NCBI GenBank assembly: GCA_965215265.1
Contig: OZ244048.1
Coordinates: forward strand, 2,400,001 to 2,464,000
DNA: 64,000 bases
DNA from: Candidatus Poribacteria bacterium
GTDB taxonomy: Bacteria; Poribacteria; WGA-4E; WGA-3G
Direction: 5' to 3'
Part shown: positions 20,229-28,105 of the stretch, in pieces
How positions within the stretch are numbered: position 1 is the stretch's first letter
How the letters are laid out: each line of letters opens with the position of its first letter
Position numbers and translations under genes: made by a program
The notes under the pieces: generated by a model
What the model was told of the DNA's origin: nothing
The model's input: only the letters and a program-made list of their open reading frames with translations
Databases searched by the model: none

Positions 20229-21515
20229 ATGTCTAACATGGTTATCTTAGGCGCGCAGTGGGGCGACGAAAGTAAAGGGAAACTCACCGACGTTTTTGCA
20301 GAAAACGCCGATATTGTCGCACGTTATCAGGGCGGGGATAACGCCGGACATACCATTGTCCTTGGAGACAAGACGTTTATCCTGCATCTCATCCCCTCCG
20401 GAATCCTCCGGCCCGGTACTGTCAACGTCATTGGAAACGGGGTTGTCATTAATTTAGAAACCCTTTTCGGTGAAATCGATCTGTTAAGCGCACAAGACAT
20501 TGAGGTTACCAGCCAAAACCTGAAAATTAGTGACCGGGCACACCTAATTTTGCCTTATCATAAACTTGTCGAACAGTGGCAGCAGATGGGAAGTGGCATA
20601 AAAATCGGCACCACTTCGCGTGGAATCGGACCTACTTATTCTGACAAGATGAATCGATACACCGGTATACGCGTCGGAGACCTGCTTGACTTTGACTGCT
20701 TTAAAAAGAAGTTGGATTACAACCTTGAAACTAAAGCAGAGGCGCTTCAAATCGCTACTCTGGATAGGCACGCCTTACTTGAAACCTACTACGGCTACGC
20801 CCAACGTCTCGCACCTTACGTAACCGATACGGTGAACTACATGCACAACGTACTCACTGCCCAAAAACGAATACTCTTTGAAGGCGCGCAGGGAACTATG
20901 TTGGACATTGACTTTGGTACTTATCCGTATGTCACATCCTCTAACTGTACCGCAGGAGCGGTTTGCGCCGGACTCGGTATCGGACCCAAAGCGATTAATA
21001 AAGTGATGGGAGTTTCAAAGGCTTATGTGACGCGCGTCGGCGGCGGACCGTTCCCGACAGAAATGCACCCCGAGCTCGATGAAGAAATTCGGAATATCGG
21101 TAAGGAGTACGGGGCTACAACACAGCGGCCCCGGAGATGTGGATGGCTTGACCTCGTAGCACTTCAATACGCAACCCGAATTAACGGATTCACCGCCATC
21201 GCTATGACAAAATTGGATGTCTTTGATACACTTCCCGAGCTGCAAGTCTGTGTCGCTTACCGCTATAACGGAAAAGAGACGACGACCTTTCCCAGTAGCA
21301 CGCGGGTTTTGGAGGAGTGTGAACCGGTTTATGAAACCTTCCCCGGATGGCAACAGCCACTTACGCAGGCACGGATACCTGAAGACATCCCCAAAAATAC
21401 AAAAGCCTATATTGATTATGTAAGCGAATATCTCAATGTTCCCATTCCGATTATCTCTGTCGGACCTGATAGAGCTCAGATCGTTACCTTGGATTCGAGT
21501 CACGTTTCTATCTAA
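20229..21515 (+). CDS. purA: Adenylosuccinate synthetase
   Basis: GAQWGDESKGK, GGDNAGHT, GTTSRGIGP, EGAQG, TRVGGGPFPTE and RRCGWLD. Confidence 0.97.
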   Translation: MSNMVILGAQWGDESKGKLTDVFAENADIVARYQGGDNAGHTIVLGDKTFILHLIPSGILRPGTVNVIGNGVVINLETLFGEIDLLSAQDIEVTSQNLKISDRAHLILPYHKLVEQWQQMGSGIKIGTTSRGIGPTYSDKMNRYTGIRVGDLLDFDCFKKKLDYNLETKAEALQIATLDRHALLETYYGYAQRLAPYVTDTVNYMHNVLTAQKRILFEGAQGTMLDIDFGTYPYVTSSNCTAGAVCAGLGIGPKAINKVMGVSKAYVTRVGGGPFPTEMHPELDEEIRNIGKEYGATTQRPRRCGWLDLVALQYATRINGFTAIAMTKLDVFDTLPELQVCVAYRYNGKETTTFPSSTRVLEECEPVYETFPGWQQPLTQARIPEDIPKNTKAYIDYVSEYLNVPIPIISVGPDRAQIVTLDSSHVSI

Positions 21516-21717
21516 GCAAATCTGATATCGTCCAAGAATAAGTGAGCACTTAAAGTAATATGAGCGAAAGTGTTTCCTTGTTTTGAACTAATTTCGCCCG
21601 CCTCGTGCCAACTGAACAGAAAAATAACTGAATAATTCGACATTGCATCGCCAGGGCAGCGAACTGACTTCAAACTGCAACAGGAACAACGAAAAAACAA
21701 TTTTTCTACGTTTTAAT

Positions 21718-21746
21718 TTGACATTCGGCTAAAAATGTGGTATCCT
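21718..21746 (+). promoter_or_regulatory. Promoter for the tRNA pair
   Basis: TTGACA-17 nt-TATCCT with an extended TG. Confidence 0.65.
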
Positions 21747-21766
21747 TAAATATCGCTCATTAATTT

Positions 21767-21839
21767 GAGCCGTTAGCTCAGTAGGTAGAGCATCTGACTT
21801 TTAATCAGGTTGTCACAGGTTCGATTCCTGTACGGCTCA
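21767..21839 (+). tRNA. tRNA-Lys(UUU)
   Basis: Acceptor stem GAGCCGT/ACGGCTC, anticodon loop CT-TTT-AA, T-loop GGTTCGATTCC; CCA not encoded. Confidence 0.95.
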
Positions 21840-21880
21840 TGTTATAACCTAAAATAGCGAAGATTTCTCAAAAAAAATAC

Positions 21881-21955
<75 letters not shown>

Positions 21956-22021
21956 TCCTTCCCTCTTTCTCAATACGGGCATCAGAACCAGCCCGCTACT
22001 TTCATTGTTGTTTGCTAAAGC

Positions 22022-22062
22022 AGTCAAGTCCTCCCCCACACATAGGGCTTGACTACTTTTTC
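22022..22062 (+). terminator. Rho-independent terminator after the tRNAs
   Basis: AGTCAAGTCCT ... AGGGCTTGACT stem followed by a T run. Confidence 0.6.
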
Positions 22063-22342
22063 GTGAAGGAAAAACAGCGAGTCTTTACATAAAGAGAGAA
22101 AAAGCAATTTGTCGGAAGCTACACCTTTTCAGAAGTCGATGAACCGGCCCGACAACAAGCATCACTGCCACATCCTTTTTTTCATTGATGGATTTTACCC
22201 GAAATTTCTCCATAAGGCAATGCTCTCGAAAAATGAACTTCGAAAACCCGTTTCATGATATAATGATATCATAATCTGTCAGCGCGATGAGTCTTTTTCT
22301 CCGTATACATCATGAGGTTCGACTTCCAGGGTACAAATACCG

Positions 22343-24445
22343 ATGACTTCACATGCCCCTTTTGTGGTACCACTGCTACTTCTCTGCCCCGCTTTGGGAA
22401 TTTGCCAATCCCCGGATGGTAGCCTGCAATCCAAAATCATTCGTGGACAAGTTACAGATGAACTGGATAATCCTCTCGCTGGATACGTCATTTCAGCAGT
22501 TTCACCAACAAGTGACGTGACTTTTGCTGATAGGACGAACCAAGCTGGGAAATTTTCGCTCGTGAATCTGCATGCTGGAACATGGTTGCTGCAAGTCCGC
22601 TACGACAGCATACTTATCACACAACGAGGGATTACCGTTAGCCGAAGTTTCTCCGAAATTGACACCTATTTTACCATAAAAGGCAACGGGACGCTGTCTG
22701 GATTTCTAATCGAGACTCACAGCCAACTTCCTGCACAGATTGATGGAGACATCCATATCGCACGTCTTGAAGCCAATAGTGAAACATATTCAAGCCTATA
22801 TAGCGGTGATGTTTCGAACGGCTGTTTTGAAGTCAGAAACCTGTTGCCAGGGCGATACGTTATGATTGATGCCTTCAAAGGGTACATTTTTAACCAACCT
22901 GATTCGCCTATCTTGACGATTTATCCTGATAACCATGTAGGCGGTGTAGAACTACTTTTGAAGCAAGGGGCATTGCTGCATGGCAATTTCGTTGACGCTA
23001 AAAATGGAGCGTCCATTTCTGGTGTCAACGTTCAAGTCGCATCCGAAAAAAGCGATAGTGTCTATCCGAATTGGGAGTTCATGCACGAAACAGAGACGGA
23101 TACAGACGGCACATTTTGGCTCACAACCCCGAATGACGCTCATGAGTATTACCGCTTTTCTATCATCGCCCTGCATCCGCGTTATCAAGCACAACGTTTC
23201 CGTTTTGACCTGTCCCCTCACAACAGCACATACCACTTAGGTGATATTGCCTTGAAACGGATGCTCTCCTTAGAAGGCAATGTCTCCGGGCCGAAAGGGG
23301 GGTATGTCGAAGGGCTCGTCGTTCGCTTGAAAATGCACACCACCTCAGCCAATTTCTTTCGTCCAGCAGCAGAGACGGAGCTCACAACACAAACCGATTC
23401 GCAAGGTAAATTCGTTTTTCATCAACTCTATCCGATTGAATACACGTTGACAATTTCTCGGAATGATGTTATTGTAGCCTATGCGGAGACAGTCCATCCA
23501 GAAAATCGGAACCGAATTTCAGTGCGCTTGCCGCAACTCAAGAGGCTACACGGGAAGGTTGTAGATGGGCAGCAGATGCCAATAGCTGCAGCTGAAATTT
23601 CGGCGACACGGTATAGCGAGGCACCGTCCGCACACAGTGTCCTGCTAACGAAAGCCGAAACCGAGGCAGACGGGACGTTTGAGATGCAAGTATTAGAGAC
23701 GCAAGCACAGTTACTTTCTGTGGATATCGGAAAAAGCGGCTATTTTTCTACCGTTTACGAAAACGTGGAGATTGCAGCAGTGCCTTTGCTCGTGACGCTT
23801 GAAAAAGGCGTGACACTGACAGGGAAACTGATTTTACCTATGAACGTTCCGCTTGATGGATATTACGGTGTCAAGATATTTCCGGCAGATGCACAAATCA
23901 GAACCACGCTAAATCCGCTGACACTACAGAAGCCGCTGCTCTCAAAATGGTTTCCGGTAACGCAGTCCAATTTCACAATAGAAAGCCTCTTTGCAGAAAA
24001 ATATCAGCTGTACATTGTCGGTCCGGGTATCGCGGCTTCTGGTATAGAAGTAGATACAGAAACCGGTCGTGAAAATATCTTCATCGTGGCGGATGTACCC
24101 ACACAAACACTACAGGGACAAGTACGCGATGCAAGCACAGGGGAACCCGTCCGCAACGCGCTTGTCTTGCGTTCATGGTACCCGTGGGAATTAGAGCCTT
24201 ACGATATGTCAATGACGTTGGATAGATTTGAAACAGAAACGGATGAAGAAGGACAATTTATTTTTCCAGACCTGACCTGGGGCCCTTATCAATTGCGTAT
24301 CCTGAGCGTCAAAAGGGTATTCGACAAGGCGAGTGGTACCTACCGGCAAACGCACGCACAGAAGCAGATTGACTTCATATATCCGAAGGAACTAAATCCA
24401 TATTGCATCTATTTAGGGCGACAGGATGGAAGAACGTTCAAATAG
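22343..24445 (+). CDS. Secreted protein with repeated carboxypeptidase-regulatory-like (CarboxypepD_reg) beta-sandwich domains
   Basis: Signal peptide; repeated 'I/LxGxVxDxxxxPxxGxxV...TDxxGxF' units. Confidence 0.8.
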   Translation: MTSHAPFVVPLLLLCPALGICQSPDGSLQSKIIRGQVTDELDNPLAGYVISAVSPTSDVTFADRTNQAGKFSLVNLHAGTWLLQVRYDSILITQRGITVSRSFSEIDTYFTIKGNGTLSGFLIETHSQLPAQIDGDIHIARLEANSETYSSLYSGDVSNGCFEVRNLLPGRYVMIDAFKGYIFNQPDSPILTIYPDNHVGGVELLLKQGALLHGNFVDAKNGASISGVNVQVASEKSDSVYPNWEFMHETETDTDGTFWLTTPNDAHEYYRFSIIALHPRYQAQRFRFDLSPHNSTYHLGDIALKRMLSLEGNVSGPKGGYVEGLVVRLKMHTTSANFFRPAAETELTTQTDSQGKFVFHQLYPIEYTLTISRNDVIVAYAETVHPENRNRISVRLPQLKRLHGKVVDGQQMPIAAAEISATRYSEAPSAHSVLLTKAETEADGTFEMQVLETQAQLLSVDIGKSGYFSTVYENVEIAAVPLLVTLEKGVTLTGKLILPMNVPLDGYYGVKIFPADAQIRTTLNPLTLQKPLLSKWFPVTQSNFTIESLFAEKYQLYIVGPGIAASGIEVDTETGRENIFIVADVPTQTLQGQVRDASTGEPVRNALVLRSWYPWELEPYDMSMTLDRFETETDEEGQFIFPDLTWGPYQLRILSVKRVFDKASGTYRQTHAQKQIDFIYPKELNPYCIYLGRQDGRTFK

Positions 24446-24494
24446 GCAGATTTCAGACTACCGACAGCGGCAACGCAAAAGAAAACAGGAGATC

Positions 24495-25217
24495 ATGAAC
24501 CGTATCCACATCTTCATCTTACTGCTCTTCATATCTGTTTTGGAAGCTGCCACAGCACGGATTTGGCAGGATGACTTCGTCTCTGAGGTATCCACCCCCG
24601 CTGAGCAAACAGAGAATTGGCAGCTCAAAGGAAATGAGTCGATATGGAACGTCAAGGATGATTTGCTAAGGGCAGAGCTTCGCCCCCGGAAACAAGTCGG
24701 CGTTATCTTTGAGCAGCTTGAATTCGTAGCACTGCCAGGACCTTATGCTGATTTTACGATTACATTAGAAACAGTTGGCGTTGAGGCTGCGCGATTCGGG
24801 ATTGCCCTGGGGAAAATTTTTAAGAAAGAACCGATGCAAGAACCTGAACCCCAACGAGACATCGAAGATATAGGGTACTATCTCTTTTTTACAAATGATA
24901 TGGGGGTAGCCAGAAATGCAAGTGTGCAGGTCGGCGCGGGACAACGCTGGAACACGGATACGCTGGAACAGATGGAGCTGCGTTTTAAAGCAGGCAGGTT
25001 TCAACTGTGGGCTGATGGTGACGCACGCCTCGATTTTGAAGATGCCAATTTTTATACAATCCATCGCATCAGTTTTGTACTCGCCGGTTTTGTTCCGAAT
25101 AATGGGAACGTCGGAAAAGCTTGGGTGGATGCATTTACGTTTGAAACGCCATCGCTTAACGTCTCGCAGAGAGAGAAATTAACAACACGCTGGGCAGCCA
25201 TTAAGCAGGATAGATAG
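24495..25217 (+). CDS. Secreted ConA/DUF1080-like beta protein with conserved C-terminal tail
   Basis: AGGAG RBS, signal peptide, IWQDDF..W.VKDD; C-terminus LNVSQREKLTTRWAAIK; paralogue of 26282..26971. Confidence 0.75.
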   Translation: MNRIHIFILLLFISVLEAATARIWQDDFVSEVSTPAEQTENWQLKGNESIWNVKDDLLRAELRPRKQVGVIFEQLEFVALPGPYADFTITLETVGVEAARFGIALGKIFKKEPMQEPEPQRDIEDIGYYLFFTNDMGVARNASVQVGAGQRWNTDTLEQMELRFKAGRFQLWADGDARLDFEDANFYTIHRISFVLAGFVPNNGNVGKAWVDAFTFETPSLNVSQREKLTTRWAAIKQDR

Positions 25218-25228
25218 GAACTGCAGTT

Positions 25229-25990
25229 GTGCGAAACGACAAGAAAAAAAATCATGAATACCTAAATGTGCTTGTTGCGGTGCTCTTACCGATTGTTGTA
25301 TTAGCGATTGGATTCTGGGGCACTTTAGCACGGGCACGGCTGAATCCTGGTGAAAGTGCCAAACCGTTCGGTTCGGGGAGTTACTACAGAACGCCCGGCA
25401 AAGGCGGACAATGGTTCGGTCCTGAAGTCAATTCTCTGACACTTTGCCCCGGTGTTCACAATCCTTACAACAATCGGGGGCTGTTTGACATTGCAGAAAC
25501 GATCGAACAAGCAGAAGTGTCGGCTTCACGCATCCGAGGCGCTTTACATTGGTACCGAGCACAAAAATGGTATTTTCGCACATCGCACACACCCTGGGGC
25601 ACCAATTACGCCTATATTACGTTGCGGGACGACCTCGGATGGAGCGAGATTAATGCAGGCAGCGGCACCACAGGATATCCGTGGAGTGGTACTGAGAGAC
25701 ATTGGCGTGACGGCGGTATTATTAGAGCACAAGCCACAGTCACTGGATGGCGACGGTACCCCCGTGGTCAGGAACGTTGGGTTTGCCCCATGTACTATAA
25801 AACCGGCGGCTGGGGCGACGAAAGTTTGGAAGTCAACTGCAAAACATTGAAAACCTGGTTCCCTCCAGATTGGGATGTTCTCAAACAGAAAGACGGAGAC
25901 TTCGGTCCGCCTACTGAACGCAAACCGGGCATTCTCAGTCGAAAAGGGAAAAAGACTAAGCGGTGGTACGATTGTATCAAGATTAATTAA
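25229..25990 (+). CDS. Hypothetical secreted/anchored basic, Trp/Gly-rich protein
   Basis: N-terminal hydrophobic segment; long ORF in operon context; no family recognised. Confidence 0.65.
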   Translation: MRNDKKKNHEYLNVLVAVLLPIVVLAIGFWGTLARARLNPGESAKPFGSGSYYRTPGKGGQWFGPEVNSLTLCPGVHNPYNNRGLFDIAETIEQAEVSASRIRGALHWYRAQKWYFRTSHTPWGTNYAYITLRDDLGWSEINAGSGTTGYPWSGTERHWRDGGIIRAQATVTGWRRYPRGQERWVCPMYYKTGGWGDESLEVNCKTLKTWFPPDWDVLKQKDGDFGPPTERKPGILSRKGKKTKRWYDCIKIN

Positions 25991-26020
25991 CAGTGATTGA
26001 AGAATCATAACCTAGAATGG

Positions 26021-26280
26021 CTCTGGCGAGCTATAGATTGGCAGGATAAGGTATTCTGCCAAGATTTACACACGAGTTATCATTACATAGACGTTGATGG
26101 TCCGGAGATTCTTTCGTCTACAGGAGCCCCATAAAGGCTGCTGCTATATTAAATCCTTTACAAATCTCATCGGAGCCGTTTATGTCTACGATTTTAAAGA
26201 CATTACCTAGTTAACCTCCGACGAGATTTACATCGGATTTAACAACACATAACCCTTGATGGGGCTGAAATATACAAAAA
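26021..26280. mobile_element. MITE-like inverted-repeat element plus an extra arm carrying a nested GGCAGG element
   Basis: 26112-26280 has two ~65-bp inverted arms around a ~40-bp core, and matches 40121-40294 in reverse orientation. Confidence 0.7.
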
Positions 26281-26281
26281 T

Positions 26282-26971
26282 ATGACAAAAATCATATCAC
26301 TTTGCTTGCTGATCGGTTGCATCCCGCCCGCCTCTGCAGATATTTGGCATGACGATTTTGATGTCGAAAACCCAGACGCATGGCATATCGTCGGCAATGC
26401 TGCAGTCTGGACAGTGGAAGATGGGTTTTTACGTGCACGGGTTCAGCGCGAATGGGAGCTGCAATATGAGCTCTATCAATTTCATGCTTTTCCGGCACCC
26501 TATCGCCACTTCACTGTCACCATCAACAATTTTGGCGGAGACAAGGCCCGGTTCGGTTTCACTCTCGGAAAGAATTTTCCAGATACGCCCTTCGAAGATC
26601 CGTTTTTTTACGTTTTTTTCACCGACGAAATCCGAGCACGCCGGTTTAACGGCAAAGGAAGCAGCCACCCGTTTGAGGTACGCGTCTCCAAAGAACCTCG
26701 AATTCGTTGGGACACAGAAATACTCACAAAAATGGAGTTGCGTTTTAACGTCGGCGATTTCCAACTGTTCGCTAATGGCGAGCTTCGGGCTGAATTCCAA
26801 GATGCTAACTTTGATCAGATCGAAATTCTCGGGTTCGTTATGGAAGGCATCAATATCGCAAACGAGTGGGTAGCCGAAGCCTGGGCAGATTCTTTCACGA
26901 TTTCTGGACCAACACTCAACGTTTCCGACAAACAGAAACTCGCCACGATGTGGGGTGAACTCAAGAAATAG
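26282..26971 (+). CDS. Secreted ConA/DUF1080-like beta protein with conserved C-terminal tail
   Basis: Signal peptide, IWHDDF..WTVEDG; C-terminus LNVSDKQKLATMWGELKK. Confidence 0.8.
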   Translation: MTKIISLCLLIGCIPPASADIWHDDFDVENPDAWHIVGNAAVWTVEDGFLRARVQREWELQYELYQFHAFPAPYRHFTVTINNFGGDKARFGFTLGKNFPDTPFEDPFFYVFFTDEIRARRFNGKGSSHPFEVRVSKEPRIRWDTEILTKMELRFNVGDFQLFANGELRAEFQDANFDQIEILGFVMEGINIANEWVAEAWADSFTISGPTLNVSDKQKLATMWGELKK

Positions 26972-26996
26972 TCAGCCTTGCTATTAGGACGCGGAA

Positions 26997-28028
26997 ATGC
27001 AAAAACGTGCATGGATAGTCACATCCATCATCCCGGCCCTGCTTATCTGTGGAACCGTCGTTGTACTACTCAATAATCAGCGAGAACTTCCCGGTGAGTT
27101 AGTGCTTGCTCAAGAGCGCATCGACTTTGGAGCTGTTGCGGTGTGGGAGGGACCCGTCACCAAGAGTCTCACAGCGAGAAACGTAGGCGAAACCCGCCTT
27201 CAAATTGGCAGAATTCAACCAGGCTGCACTTATGCTCAGATTGAGGGACCTAGTGTGCTCCCTCCCAGAGCGGACGGAACGTTCAAAATTGTCCTAAATC
27301 CTGAAACGCTTCCACCGGACCCGCGCCCTACAACGGCGACGTTTTTCACGGATAGCCCCAAAACACCACAAGTCTATTTGACAATTGTCGCTTCCACCGT
27401 CCCATTTGCTGCACTGAGCGCCGAGATTTGCGATTTCGGAGCCATCCTACCAAACACACAGCATAAAAAGAAGGTTGAACTCTATCTGAACGCCCCGCTG
27501 AACTTGGATGCAGTCCGGCTCCTACCATCAAATCAACCCTCTTTAACCTGGGAAATGGAACGAGAGCTAGGGCATCACACAGCACCGCTAACCGCACTCC
27601 TGACGGTTCATTTAGGCCCCTTGCAAAACAGAAAACGCTTTTCCGGCCAACTCACGGTTGCTTTTCCGAACGAACGGACGTTGACGCTGCCCGTCATCGC
27701 CCACGTTGTCGGCCCCGTGACAGTACAGCCACAAACCCTTTCCTACGGAGCCATCCCATCTGAAACAGAGCCTACGTTAGAAGTCACACTGTCCGCGAAA
27801 ACGCCTTTTGAAGTCCTAAACGTAGAAGCACCGGAGGTTTTGCAGGTGGTGTTCCAGGCGGAGGCACTCTCTGTCGCACAAAACCGGAAACGCCTAAAAA
27901 TTGTGTGGAAATCCTCAAATTCGCCTCAATTGCTGCGTGAAGAAATACGAGTCAAGACCACGGCAGACGCTTTAACTCTCCGCATACCTGTTTATGGATT
28001 CAGAACTCACGCAACTTCAGAACCCTAA
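26997..28028 (+). CDS. DUF1573-like Ig-fold repeat protein
   Basis: IDFG..., NVGETRLQI..IQPGCTY and FTDSPKTP (DUF1573-type), then two further DFG/SYG Ig-like repeats; N-terminal TM. Confidence 0.75.
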   Translation: MQKRAWIVTSIIPALLICGTVVVLLNNQRELPGELVLAQERIDFGAVAVWEGPVTKSLTARNVGETRLQIGRIQPGCTYAQIEGPSVLPPRADGTFKIVLNPETLPPDPRPTTATFFTDSPKTPQVYLTIVASTVPFAALSAEICDFGAILPNTQHKKKVELYLNAPLNLDAVRLLPSNQPSLTWEMERELGHHTAPLTALLTVHLGPLQNRKRFSGQLTVAFPNERTLTLPVIAHVVGPVTVQPQTLSYGAIPSETEPTLEVTLSAKTPFEVLNVEAPEVLQVVFQAEALSVAQNRKRLKIVWKSSNSPQLLREEIRVKTTADALTLRIPVYGFRTHATSEP

Positions 28029-28038
28029 CCCAATGGGT

Positions 28039-28091
28039 GGCAGGTAAAAGGTAATCTTGTCTCATGGACAGACAAAGATACCTATCCTGCC
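28039..28091. repeat. GGCAGG...CCTGCC REP-like element (inverted copy)
   Basis: Reverse complement matches the 9012 and 33945 copies. Confidence 0.8.
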
Positions 28092-28105
28092 ACTTGCAAG
28101 AAGAC

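Noticed and set aside
26021-26280. Dispersed repeats as integron attC sites
   Set aside because: No RYYYAAC/GTTRRRY ends, no one-per-gene cassette spacing and no integron integrase.
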